NCBI GenBank assembly: GCA_046538485.1
Contig: JBKHIT010000050.1
Coordinates: 1-37,878 of the forward strand
Length of the DNA stretch: 37,878 nt
Reading direction: 5' to 3'
Origin: Candidatus Brocadiia bacterium
GTDB taxonomy: Bacteria > Planctomycetota > Brocadiia > SM23-32
Positions 8,706 through 17,287 of the stretch are shown piece by piece; position 1 is the first letter of the stretch, and the number at the start of each line of letters is the position of its first letter. Position numbers and translations under genes: made by a program. The notes beneath the pieces were generated by a model. The model was not told the origin of the DNA, did no database searches, and saw nothing but the letters and a program-made list of their open reading frames with translations.

Positions 8706-9653
8706 ATGTCAACGGCGGCTATCGAAACAAACGGATTGACCAAAGTGTATCACTCCCTATTACCGGGGCAAGATATCCCTGCCGTTGATCATCTCGATCT
8801 GGCTGTACCGCAGGGGACGGTATTCGGTTACCTTGGGCCCAACGGAGCGGGGAAAAGCACCACTCTGAAATTATTGCTTGATTTAACGCAACCGACTGAA
8901 GGGACGGCAAAGATTCTGGGCCGAAAACCCGGAGATACCACGGCCAAGAGCAAGATTGGTTACATGCCGGAAAAGCAAAATTTCTACAATTACCTGACGG
9001 CCAGGGAACTACTGGATTACAGTGCGAAATTCTATAAGATGAAACGTTCGCAGCGCCGTAAAACCATTCCCCGACTGATCGAGTACGTCGGCCTCGAAGA
9101 TGTTAAAGGAGCAAGAATAAAGACGTTTTCGCTGGGGATGAAACGCCGCCTTGGCATGGCGGAAGCAATGCTGAACGACCCTGAGCTTCTCTTGTTGGAC
9201 GAACCAATGTCCGGGCTTGACCCGCTTGGTAGAAAGCATTTCAAAGATCTCATTAAACGGCTATCACGCGACGAGGGAAAAACGGTTTTCTTGTGTTCAC
9301 ACGTATTGGCAGAAGTGGAAACTATTTGTGAGATGGTGGGCATTCTCTCGCGAGGACGGCTTTTGTTGAAGGAATCGATGGATAAGTTGCCCAAGATGCA
9401 CCGTGTACAATTTACAATTGAGGACGCAACAGAGGAGGCGGTTGAAGCTTTGCGGAAGGCCGGAATGACGGTAGAAATAAAAGATGGGCGGGCGATGGCC
9501 TCGACATTAGGCCAACAGAAGGCAGAAAAAGCGCGAGAAGTTCTGCAGTCATACCCCGGTGAGTGCCTGGAAGAAACGGTGACGTCTGAATCGCTTGAAG
9601 AATTTTTTGTCCGTGTGATTAACGAGTCTGAAGAGGGCGAAAAACATGCATAA
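8706..9653 (+). CDS. ABC transporter ATP-binding protein (CcmA/DRI-type; Myxococcus PilH-like)
   Basis: Walker A GPNGAGKST, signature FSLGMKRR, Walker B LLLLDEP, CSH switch. Confidence 0.93.
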   Translation: MSTAAIETNGLTKVYHSLLPGQDIPAVDHLDLAVPQGTVFGYLGPNGAGKSTTLKLLLDLTQPTEGTAKILGRKPGDTTAKSKIGYMPEKQNFYNYLTARELLDYSAKFYKMKRSQRRKTIPRLIEYVGLEDVKGARIKTFSLGMKRRLGMAEAMLNDPELLLLDEPMSGLDPLGRKHFKDLIKRLSRDEGKTVFLCSHVLAEVETICEMVGILSRGRLLLKESMDKLPKMHRVQFTIEDATEEAVEALRKAGMTVEIKDGRAMASTLGQQKAEKAREVLQSYPGECLEETVTSESLEEFFVRVINESEEGEKHA

Positions 9654-10410
9654 CATTCTTGTGATCGCACAGGGCACACTTGTGCGTCAGATTCGAAACA
9701 AAGTCCTTTATCTGCTTATTATCATCTCCCTCTGTTTTGTCGCCGTGGGATCAATGTACCGAGTTCTGTCCTTGGGCGCTGAAATAAAGCTAATGAGGGA
9801 TCTTGGCCTGGCAGGGATCAGCCTCATCGCTATGGCCGTCGCCGTGTTCGTGGGCTCGAACGAAATCGGGAAAGAAATCCGAGAGGGAACTGTGGATGAT
9901 CTGCTGGCAAAACCACTGGGACGCGATGAATTTATCCTCGGTAAATATCTCGGGACATTTATTGTTGCCGCTCTCAACATTGCTCTGATAACGATCGGGT
10001 TCGTAATTATTCTCGTCTGGCACAAAGGCACACCCGCTCTGGGTTTGTTGCGGTCAGTTGTATTAAGCCTGTGCGAGGCCGGCATCCTGATTGCTGTGGC
10101 TGTTTTCTTCACTTCTTTTCTTCCCGAAGCAGTGAGCGCAGTCATAACATTTCTGTTTTTTGTCATCGGACACGGGGCCCATATGTTGCCTCTTATCTCC
10201 GACAAATCGGGGGAACTGCCCGTCAAAATTCTCAGCACGGCTCTCTTCTACATATTGCCCAATTTGCACCACTTCAACGTCAGGGCAAGCATCGGGCAGG
10301 AAGTTCAGGTGCCGTGGGCCTACACTGCTTGCTCCATTTTGTACGGCCTTTGTTACACAGGGATGTTGTTATGCGTTAGCCTTGTCGTTTTCCGGAAAAG
10401 GGAACTGTAA
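9646..10410 (+). CDS. ABC-2-type permease (PilI-like)
   Basis: About six hydrophobic segments; KEIREGTVDDLLAKPLGRDEFILGKYLG motif; ILPNL; ends FRKREL; overlaps the ATPase stop. Confidence 0.9.
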   Translation: MHNILVIAQGTLVRQIRNKVLYLLIIISLCFVAVGSMYRVLSLGAEIKLMRDLGLAGISLIAMAVAVFVGSNEIGKEIREGTVDDLLAKPLGRDEFILGKYLGTFIVAALNIALITIGFVIILVWHKGTPALGLLRSVVLSLCEAGILIAVAVFFTSFLPEAVSAVITFLFFVIGHGAHMLPLISDKSGELPVKILSTALFYILPNLHHFNVRASIGQEVQVPWAYTACSILYGLCYTGMLLCVSLVVFRKREL

Positions 10411-10411
10411 A

Positions 10412-11197
10412 ATGCGAGAGGCACGCACAATATATGTCGTTCTCATCTCGCTGCTGTTTTTTGTTGGTTCCATCGGGATCAGCCGAGAACTTCAGGGATA
10501 CAGGAAGGAACGGCCGAGTTTTCGCCAGAAGGTCACTCACATTCCGATGGGAGGTTTCGAAACCGTCACGGCCGATGTCCTCTGGATGCGCCTGGTTCAA
10601 TACATGGGCTCTCCCAGCCAAGACCAAAGACATCAATATGTAAGCAGGGTTGCGGGACAGCTCGATTCCATAACGAGGCTGGACCCCCGTTTCAGGATTG
10701 TGTACGATCATGGCGTGCTTTTCCTTGCGGTTAATAAACCGGCAGAAGCGCTCGATCTGGTGGACCGTGCGCTTGAACACATTCCCGGGGGCGAATATGG
10801 ATGGCGTTTGCCTTTCTACGGAGCTTTTATAAGCTACAGGTACTGGGACCATCCAGACCGTTATAAAAGAAGTCTCCAGTACATGAAAAAACTGGAGAGT
10901 ATCCCGGATGCCCCCGTGTTTGCGAAACGCTTCAGGGCTCGAATACTGGAGAAAAAGCAGGATTATGACAGTGCTTTCCTCGTTTGGCAAAAATTATTCT
11001 TGGCCGCACAGAACCCTCATGACCTCAGTATCGCCTGGAAAGGCATGAGACGAGCGGCCGCGGAAGTGGCCGGAGGAACTGCGGATAAGGAGCTGAGAAA
11101 GAAAGCATTATCCATTCTGGAAAAAGGCAAAGTAACACCGGAACCAGAAATAATATCCGGAGAAAAGCAGGGACAAGATCTTGGACAAAATAAGTAA
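10412..11197 (+). CDS. Membrane-anchored helical/TPR-like protein resembling the PilG/XapA-type ABC accessory proteins
   Basis: N-terminal TM (IYVVLISLLFFVGSIGI); ADVLWMRLVQY, ITRLDPRFRIVY, ALDLVDRALEHIP..WRLPFYGAFISY; ATG 1 nt after the permease stop. Confidence 0.7.
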   Translation: MREARTIYVVLISLLFFVGSIGISRELQGYRKERPSFRQKVTHIPMGGFETVTADVLWMRLVQYMGSPSQDQRHQYVSRVAGQLDSITRLDPRFRIVYDHGVLFLAVNKPAEALDLVDRALEHIPGGEYGWRLPFYGAFISYRYWDHPDRYKRSLQYMKKLESIPDAPVFAKRFRARILEKKQDYDSAFLVWQKLFLAAQNPHDLSIAWKGMRRAAAEVAGGTADKELRKKALSILEKGKVTPEPEIISGEKQGQDLGQNK

Positions 11198-11372
11198 TCG
11201 TATCCTGCTCTTAGTGGCTCTCGTGCTCGCGCTGTGTGGACTGAGAATCCGATGGCATCTTGATCAGAAATTTGAAAAACTTGTGCCGGAAGCCGGAGAC
11301 GCGGAAGTTGGCATACTTGATTCTTTTTTCCTTGAAACAGGAAACGAACTGAGGGGGGAAGAAGAAAAGTAA
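11181..11372 (+). CDS. Small hypothetical single-TM/secreted protein (63 aa)
   Basis: TTG start overlapping the upstream stop region; hydrophobic ILLLVALVLALCGL segment. Confidence 0.4.
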   Translation: MDKISNRILLLVALVLALCGLRIRWHLDQKFEKLVPEAGDAEVGILDSFFLETGNELRGEEEK

Positions 11373-11658
11373 ATTCATGGGATCGCAAACGATAACTGGG
11401 CCGTTGCCGCACCAGCGGTTCCATTTGGGCGACCGATCTGGCCCTGGGGGGGATTGTTATCGTAGTGCTGATCGCCGGTCCCGATATGCTGCCGACCATG
11501 ATGACGATCGGTACCGGCGATTTTCCAGACGACAACACAGTTGCCCAGCCCTTTAAAGCAAATGGATCTTTTCCTGCTCTTTCGTCGGGCCCTCGTATTT
11601 TGACCGTTGTCTTTTTGCTGCATGCCCTGTCCGTTCATTTCTTCGTTCCGGCAAGAAA

Positions 11659-14600
11659 TCAGTCTCGCCCCCTCAGATCACGGGCAACAAGCATAATTCC
11701 CGTGGCCTCCCCTTGTTCCATTATCGGCGAGGAGCTGACCTCCACGGGCACTTCCTCTCCCGTATTATCTCGCAGTTTCGTCTTATAGACACGTCGGCGC
11801 ACATCACCGGAAAGTCTCGCGTCACGTCGCAGTTTCATCGATGTAAGTTCCGACTCGGGCAGGAAATCAGTTACGTTCATTGAGCAGACTTCCTCTTCGC
11901 TCAAACCGACAATTTCTAACCCCGCGCGGTTCAAGTATTGAATACCTCCATCGAGATCATGCACGCAGATGATGTCCTGCATTGTCTCGGCCACAAGGCG
12001 GTATTTTTTCTCGCTCTGCCGAAGGGCATCTTCGGCGCGATCACGTTGTTGCGCAAGCTCGAGTTTTCGTAGCCCAAATGCGAGATCATCCACCATTTCC
12101 TGAAACAATTCTTTTTCTTCTGGGTTCTCCGCATACCGCAGAGAAACGCAAGAGATGAGAACCCCGTAGATCCTTCCCTCGGATTCGAAACGACACGCCA
12201 GAACCCCGTCATGCTGGCAACTGGATGCAAGGGGACAATTTTCACATACTTCTTCATCCCTGGCAACTACCCGCGGGCCTGTTTTTCGAATGGCTTGTTC
12301 CGCACAGCCCGGCAATTCTTTTAGTTGGACGGCGTCGGGCTCCAGGCCCGCTTGAGCCTGCAAAATAAGTTCATTTGAATTATCTAACAAACCAATCCAG
12401 GCAAACTCATAATCGCTTCTTCGCGTCAAGCTGCGGCAGGCCTTTTGTATGAGCTCATCTCGCTGATCTTCACGGACAATTACCTGGTTGACATTTCGAA
12501 TTGCCTGCAGAACTGCGTTGAGGTGGCGAAGGCGTTCCTGGGCTTCTCGCCGGTCCGTGATATCGAGACTTATTCCGCCCAGAAGGGGCGGTCGACCCTC
12601 CCGAGGAATGGGAAACTTGTGACTCTCGTAAACATGCTCAATACCTTCCTTGTCGGGGACAGATTCTTCTACGACGAGGTATCCATCTTCCAGCGCTTTC
12701 TGGTCATCCGCCATCATCGGCCGGGCTACATCGTCCGGGAACAGCTCATCCGATCGTTTCCCGATCCACGAATCATCAGCACCCATCACGCCCTGCATAT
12801 AGCGGTTCAAATAGATGTTGCGCCCTTTGGCATCTTTTATGAAGACGGCGGCCGGCAGATAATCCATGAAAAGTGAAAACCGTTCTTCGCTTTCCCTGAC
12901 CGCGTGTTCAGCCAGCTTACGTTCGGTAATATCGCGGACAACAGCGAGCAATAGCCATTCTTCTCCAATCTGGAAACGATTCAAACTCACGTCAGCATAA
13001 AAATCCGTTCCGTCCGAACGGGAGTGGACCCATTCAAAAGATTGCGCCATTCCCTGGTAGGCCAGTTCGAATTTCTTTTTGGCTTTTTCAACTGAATCAC
13101 GGCCGTCCGGCTGTTCAGGGGGCGAAATGTCGACCGGATGTTTGCCAATGATCTCGTGTCTCGCGAGTCCGAACATCTGCTCCGTAGCCGGATTGCAGTC
13201 GATAAATTCTTCGCCCCTGATTACGAAAATGGCGTCGTTCACCGACTCAAACAAACTGCGATATTTCTGCTCGCTTTCCCGGAGTTGTCTCTCCGTGCGT
13301 TTCCGGGAGTCACGCGTGCGAATGTTGCCAACAGCGTAGGCAACATCATCTGCCAGTTCTTCCAACAAACTGACCTCGTCCTCGTCAAAAGCTGTGGCGT
13401 TCTTTGAGTAAAGATTCAGCGCTCCCAGAACTGTTTCCTCGACGGTAAGAGGCAGGGCAATCGATGACCGGAACCCTCTGGCTGTCGCTTCAGGTTTCCA
13501 GGGCTCGTAGGAATCGTCGGTGGCATTATCGTGATAAATATTCGGTTCGCCCGTCCGAATGGCCGTTCCGGTTGGTCCGCAGCCCAGTTCATTGCCCCCC
13601 CATCCTACTTCGATAGAATCCAAATAGCCCTCTTCGTCACCGGCGCAAGCGACCGGTCGCACCCGCTTTTGCTCGTCGTCCTCCGCTATTCCAACCCAGG
13701 CCATCTTGTACCCGACATCATCAACAAGAAGCTGACACACTTTCCGAAACAGTTCTTCTTCACTTTCAGCCTGGACAACAACGCGGTTGCACTGGCTCAG
13801 GGCCCGTAACGCCCTGTTCGTCTTACGCAATTCGTCCGTTTTCCTGCGGAGATCCTCGGTCTGAGTCTTGAGCTGACTTCGCAAGAAGGCATTTCCCAAA
13901 ACCGCAAGAACAAGCATAGCGAACACAATCAGTAAAACGTATATTACCGCCGACGGCATGCCCCCCAAATCATCTTCCTGAACCCACCGTCCAAGAATTG
14001 AATAATAGATCGACTCTTCGTCGTCCTTCCATTGAGTGAGATGCTTATCAATAGAAGAAAGCAAATCAGCATTCTTACCTTCGCACACTGCGAAGTGAAG
14101 CTGGGAAGGACCGACAACTATCGAGGTTCTTGCCACTTGAGGACCCATTTTATAATGCTGCGCGTAGAGTCGGCTGATAACACCGGCGTCCACCTCCCCC
14201 TGGCTGATCTTCTCAAAGACCTTGCCAAAATCCTCGACTTCCAGATACTCACATTCGATATGAAATTTTTCTGCACGGTTGCGGAATGCCTCAGCGTAGA
14301 TGTCCTCCTTTATCACGGCCACCCGTTTCCCTTTTAAATCAAGAAGATCCGAGATGTTTAGACCGTGCGCACGGTAAACATAAGCCCAGCTGGGAAGGAC
14401 CGTGACGGAATTGAAATCAAATTTCCTATCCCTCTCGGGTGAATATCCAATCGCAACAAGCAGATCGATATCCCCATCCTCGAGATTATTCAGACATTCC
14501 AACCAGCTGCCCGGGACGTACTGAATCCGCCATTCTTCGATTTTCGCTATCGCTTCGATGATTTCCGGGAAAAATCCCCGCGGAGTCCCCGTCTCGTCCA

Positions 14601-14721
14601 GAAAAACTTTCGGTCTGTTCTCATAAACACCGACGCGAACCTGCCTCGTTTTCTCGCCAGCGTAAGCCGCGAAGCAAATAGCCAGTATTGCGAATAAAAT
14701 GAGCGATAGTTGCCTTTTCAA
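11659..14721 (-). CDS. Membrane sensor: periplasmic SBP (family 3)-TM-GAF-PAS-PAS-GAF-PAS, with no output domain
   Basis: Signal-like N-terminus from TTG at 14721; VGVYENRP..GDIDLL..YSPERDRKFDF SBP; TM; GAF (RSSIALPL..GALNLYS..FDEDEVSLLEELADDVA); ESEQKYRSLFE/RDITERK PAS-PAC units; stop right after the last VARDL. Confidence 0.88.
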   Translation of the reverse strand: MKRQLSLILFAILAICFAAYAGEKTRQVRVGVYENRPKVFLDETGTPRGFFPEIIEAIAKIEEWRIQYVPGSWLECLNNLEDGDIDLLVAIGYSPERDRKFDFNSVTVLPSWAYVYRAHGLNISDLLDLKGKRVAVIKEDIYAEAFRNRAEKFHIECEYLEVEDFGKVFEKISQGEVDAGVISRLYAQHYKMGPQVARTSIVVGPSQLHFAVCEGKNADLLSSIDKHLTQWKDDEESIYYSILGRWVQEDDLGGMPSAVIYVLLIVFAMLVLAVLGNAFLRSQLKTQTEDLRRKTDELRKTNRALRALSQCNRVVVQAESEEELFRKVCQLLVDDVGYKMAWVGIAEDDEQKRVRPVACAGDEEGYLDSIEVGWGGNELGCGPTGTAIRTGEPNIYHDNATDDSYEPWKPEATARGFRSSIALPLTVEETVLGALNLYSKNATAFDEDEVSLLEELADDVAYAVGNIRTRDSRKRTERQLRESEQKYRSLFESVNDAIFVIRGEEFIDCNPATEQMFGLARHEIIGKHPVDISPPEQPDGRDSVEKAKKKFELAYQGMAQSFEWVHSRSDGTDFYADVSLNRFQIGEEWLLLAVVRDITERKLAEHAVRESEERFSLFMDYLPAAVFIKDAKGRNIYLNRYMQGVMGADDSWIGKRSDELFPDDVARPMMADDQKALEDGYLVVEESVPDKEGIEHVYESHKFPIPREGRPPLLGGISLDITDRREAQERLRHLNAVLQAIRNVNQVIVREDQRDELIQKACRSLTRRSDYEFAWIGLLDNSNELILQAQAGLEPDAVQLKELPGCAEQAIRKTGPRVVARDEEVCENCPLASSCQHDGVLACRFESEGRIYGVLISCVSLRYAENPEEKELFQEMVDDLAFGLRKLELAQQRDRAEDALRQSEKKYRLVAETMQDIICVHDLDGGIQYLNRAGLEIVGLSEEEVCSMNVTDFLPESELTSMKLRRDARLSGDVRRRVYKTKLRDNTGEEVPVEVSSSPIMEQGEATGIMLVARDLRGRD

Positions 14722-15012
14722 TGTCCAACCCCAATTGGGAGGTATCCAGTGTAACGCGCCTTTTACACTTTCATCATCTAAGTTACAGGACACCATCGCA
14801 GAATGGTAAACCCTTTTCGTCCTTTCATTTGCTTCAGGTCGCTCTCATCCACTCAAAACCCCTCCGTAAACCGACAAATCCTCTTGAAGGAAGAATATCA
14901 GCGCAAGATGCCTGTTGTCAAGCACGCACGGCAATAATGTCTAATTAAGCAACAATACAAAGCCCCTTCCCGGTAAAAAAACAAATAAGGAAGGAACACT
15001 TCCTTGTTGCCC

Positions 15013-15041
15013 TTGACAGACGTTATGTTTCGCACTATAAT
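15013..15041 (+). promoter_or_regulatory. Perfect-consensus sigma70 promoter
   Basis: TTGACA (15013-15018), 17 nt, TATAAT (15036-15041); 31 nt upstream of ATG 15073; A/T-rich tract upstream. Confidence 0.85.
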
Positions 15042-15072
15042 CGCCACATACTACAACATAGGTGCCTGTTGA

Positions 15073-16182
15073 ATGAGCAACACAGGGACAGCAAAATATC
15101 ATCTTCTGGCCGCACAGTTGCGACGGGGAGTAGCGGAAGGAAAATGGGAACCCGGCGGAAAACTTCCCTCCCGACGGCAGCTGCAGCAGGATTTTGAGGC
15201 CAGCAGTATCACGGTACAGAGAGCTTTCGATGCCCTCACCGAAGAAGGATTCGTCGTGCCAGAAGGTCCGCGCGGCACATTCGTGGCCGAACGACCCCCC
15301 TCCCACTATCGCTACGGCCTGGTCTTTGATCGGCACCCCGATGGCTCCGGCTGGTCCCGTTTCTTCGAATCCATCAAGACTCAAGCCCAGGCCATCGGTT
15401 CCAACCGCCCCTGCTCGTTCCGGATGTATTTCGGGGCCGGGGGGCATCCCGACCAGGAGTCCACACAATCGCTTTTCGATGACATCCGCCAGAACCGCCT
15501 GGCGGGCGTAATCCTGAGCCGTAATATCCCTGGATCGAGCGAGTGGCCCATCTGGGATGAGACCGATCTCCCGGGAATCGTAATCCAGAGCAGCCCAACC
15601 CACCCCCGTTTCCCCGCGATTTATCCTCGACTTGCCAGCTTTATGGAGACCACCTTTGATTTTCTTGTGGAGCGCGGCCGACGCCAAATCGCACTGATCG
15701 GTCCTCTGGGAAAACCGGAAGACTCCCCCGGTCTCGCGAAGACTCTCCAAAAAAGAAATCTGAACATTCCCCCTTACCACAGGATCCACCTGACCAACGC
15801 CGTTCGCGATGTGGCCCGCAACTGCGCCCACTTGCTCATGAAATCAGCTCCCGTTCCAAACGCGCTCATCGTCAGCGACGACAACCTTCTGGATCCGGTC
15901 GCTGCCGGTGTGCTCGCCGCGGGAGCAAGGGTTCCCGAAGAGTTAACGATCGTCTCGCTCGCAAATTTCCCCGTGGATGAACAACCGCTCGTGCCCGTCA
16001 CGCGGATCGGTTTCGACATCCATCGGCTCATCGAACTGTGTCTGGAATCGATGGGCCGGCAACGGAAAGGCCAGAATGAAAAGTCCCGCCTGATCGGACT
16101 CGAAGCCCAAATACAACAGTCCTCCGCCCTCCAGGGCGAACCAATTCAGGAAAGGACGTTTCTTCAAGGAGACGCGAAATGA
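15073..16182 (+). CDS. GntR-family regulator with LacI-type sugar-binding domain
   Basis: [60 protein letters not shown]-terminal [26 protein letters not shown]. Confidence 0.9.
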   Translation: MSNTGTAKYHLLAAQLRRGVAEGKWEPGGKLPSRRQLQQDFEASSITVQRAFDALTEEGFVVPEGPRGTFVAERPPSHYRYGLVFDRHPDGSGWSRFFESIKTQAQAIGSNRPCSFRMYFGAGGHPDQESTQSLFDDIRQNRLAGVILSRNIPGSSEWPIWDETDLPGIVIQSSPTHPRFPAIYPRLASFMETTFDFLVERGRRQIALIGPLGKPEDSPGLAKTLQKRNLNIPPYHRIHLTNAVRDVARNCAHLLMKSAPVPNALIVSDDNLLDPVAAGVLAAGARVPEELTIVSLANFPVDEQPLVPVTRIGFDIHRLIELCLESMGRQRKGQNEKSRLIGLEAQIQQSSALQGEPIQERTFLQGDAK

Positions 16183-17246
16183 AAGATTCATGGGGCAAAT
16201 CAGACGCGGCTTTCACTTTGATAGAACTGCTGGTCGTTATCGCCATCATCGCGATCCTGGCCGCCATGCTCATGCCCGCGCTCGAGTCAGCGCGCGACGC
16301 GGCCCGACGCGCCGTCTGCGCCACGAACCTCCGTCAGCTCGGAACCGGTATGATGCTCTACGCGGGCGACAATAACGGCGCGCTGGGACGGACCGACCTG
16401 GGACGCTGCTGCGATAGCGATGAAGACCACACAAATGGAACAAACTGCGATGCTGGTTACTATCCTTCCCCTGGCAGCGACCTCGATTGCGATAGCTGGA
16501 AATCCGCCAGCGGTATCGCCAATGCCAGCGGACAACCAATCTATGCCGTCAACGATCACGGATCCTGGCTCATCGGGGGGGGTCTTCACACAGATCTGTA
16601 TTTTTGCCCCGACATCGAACATACGGAACCGTCCAGCGGCTGGTACGGCCTGCGCGAGCGCCAGAAAGCGTGGGCCACGTCGACCACGCAGCAGTGGTTC
16701 CACAGCGGAGGCTCTACCCCCGCCGGACAAAACAACACGGCAAGCGGGGGACCGGGATTCAATACCGTCAATGAGGTCAGTTACACCATCAATTGGGCCT
16801 TGATGCCTTTCAAAGGATTCTGGGGATACACAAGTTGCCCCCACGATCGACTCCGGTACAAAATGAGTACCGTCCGCCGCGCCTCCGACCTCCGAAGCAT
16901 CTACCCCGTCCTCGCCGACCATCGGGACATGGGATACGGGAACGTCGATCCGCGACATCATAAAGGAAAAGGGTTCAACTTCCTGGCCGGAGACGGTCAC
17001 GTCGTCTGGGCCAACACCTCTGAATTTATACAGACCGGCAAAACGATAGGCCTCTTCCCGCAATTCTATAATCCCTGGGCGGGTTACAAACAGCTCCCGC
17101 TCTGGTGCAGCGTCGATAGCACAAACTGGCCGGAATGGTTCAGCACAAAGAGCAACCCGTTCCGCGGCGGCGCCGCGTATAACCACGGCGGAACGGTCTT
17201 CTGGCTCACCGCAGCGAAAGTGCTCGGAGCCCCGGAAGCCCGGTAA
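16179..17246 (+). CDS. Prepilin-type N-terminal cleavage/methylation domain protein (DUF1559/H-X9-DG-like)
   Basis: [70 protein letters not shown] overlap with the regulator. Confidence 0.9.
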   Translation: MKDSWGKSDAAFTLIELLVVIAIIAILAAMLMPALESARDAARRAVCATNLRQLGTGMMLYAGDNNGALGRTDLGRCCDSDEDHTNGTNCDAGYYPSPGSDLDCDSWKSASGIANASGQPIYAVNDHGSWLIGGGLHTDLYFCPDIEHTEPSSGWYGLRERQKAWATSTTQQWFHSGGSTPAGQNNTASGGPGFNTVNEVSYTINWALMPFKGFWGYTSCPHDRLRYKMSTVRRASDLRSIYPVLADHRDMGYGNVDPRHHKGKGFNFLAGDGHVVWANTSEFIQTGKTIGLFPQFYNPWAGYKQLPLWCSVDSTNWPEWFSTKSNPFRGGAAYNHGGTVFWLTAAKVLGAPEAR

Positions 17247-17287
17247 AAAGGGAATCAAAAAGCAGCAGATTACCAGGAAACGCTTGC

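Noticed and set aside
10160..10411. N-terminal extensions given by the ORF track (starts at 10160, 385, 14796, 27168, 34105, 34574)
   Set aside because: Downstream starts have an RBS, translational coupling or a signal peptide at the N-terminus; the extensions overlap other genes or look non-coding.
11375..11788. ORFs 11465-11788 (+) and 11375-11638 (-)
   Set aside because: Weak starts and no motifs, and the + ORF overlaps the sensor 3' end; possibly a membrane-protein remnant but not supportable.
16179..17246. Diversity-generating retroelement acting on the variable pilin domain
   Set aside because: No reverse transcriptase and no template/variable repeat pair differing at adenines was seen in the window.
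16179..17246. Calling the prepilin-like genes pilA or gspG
   Set aside because: Length over 300 aa, H-X9/10-DG motif and absence of T2SS/T4P core genes fit DUF1559-like proteins instead.
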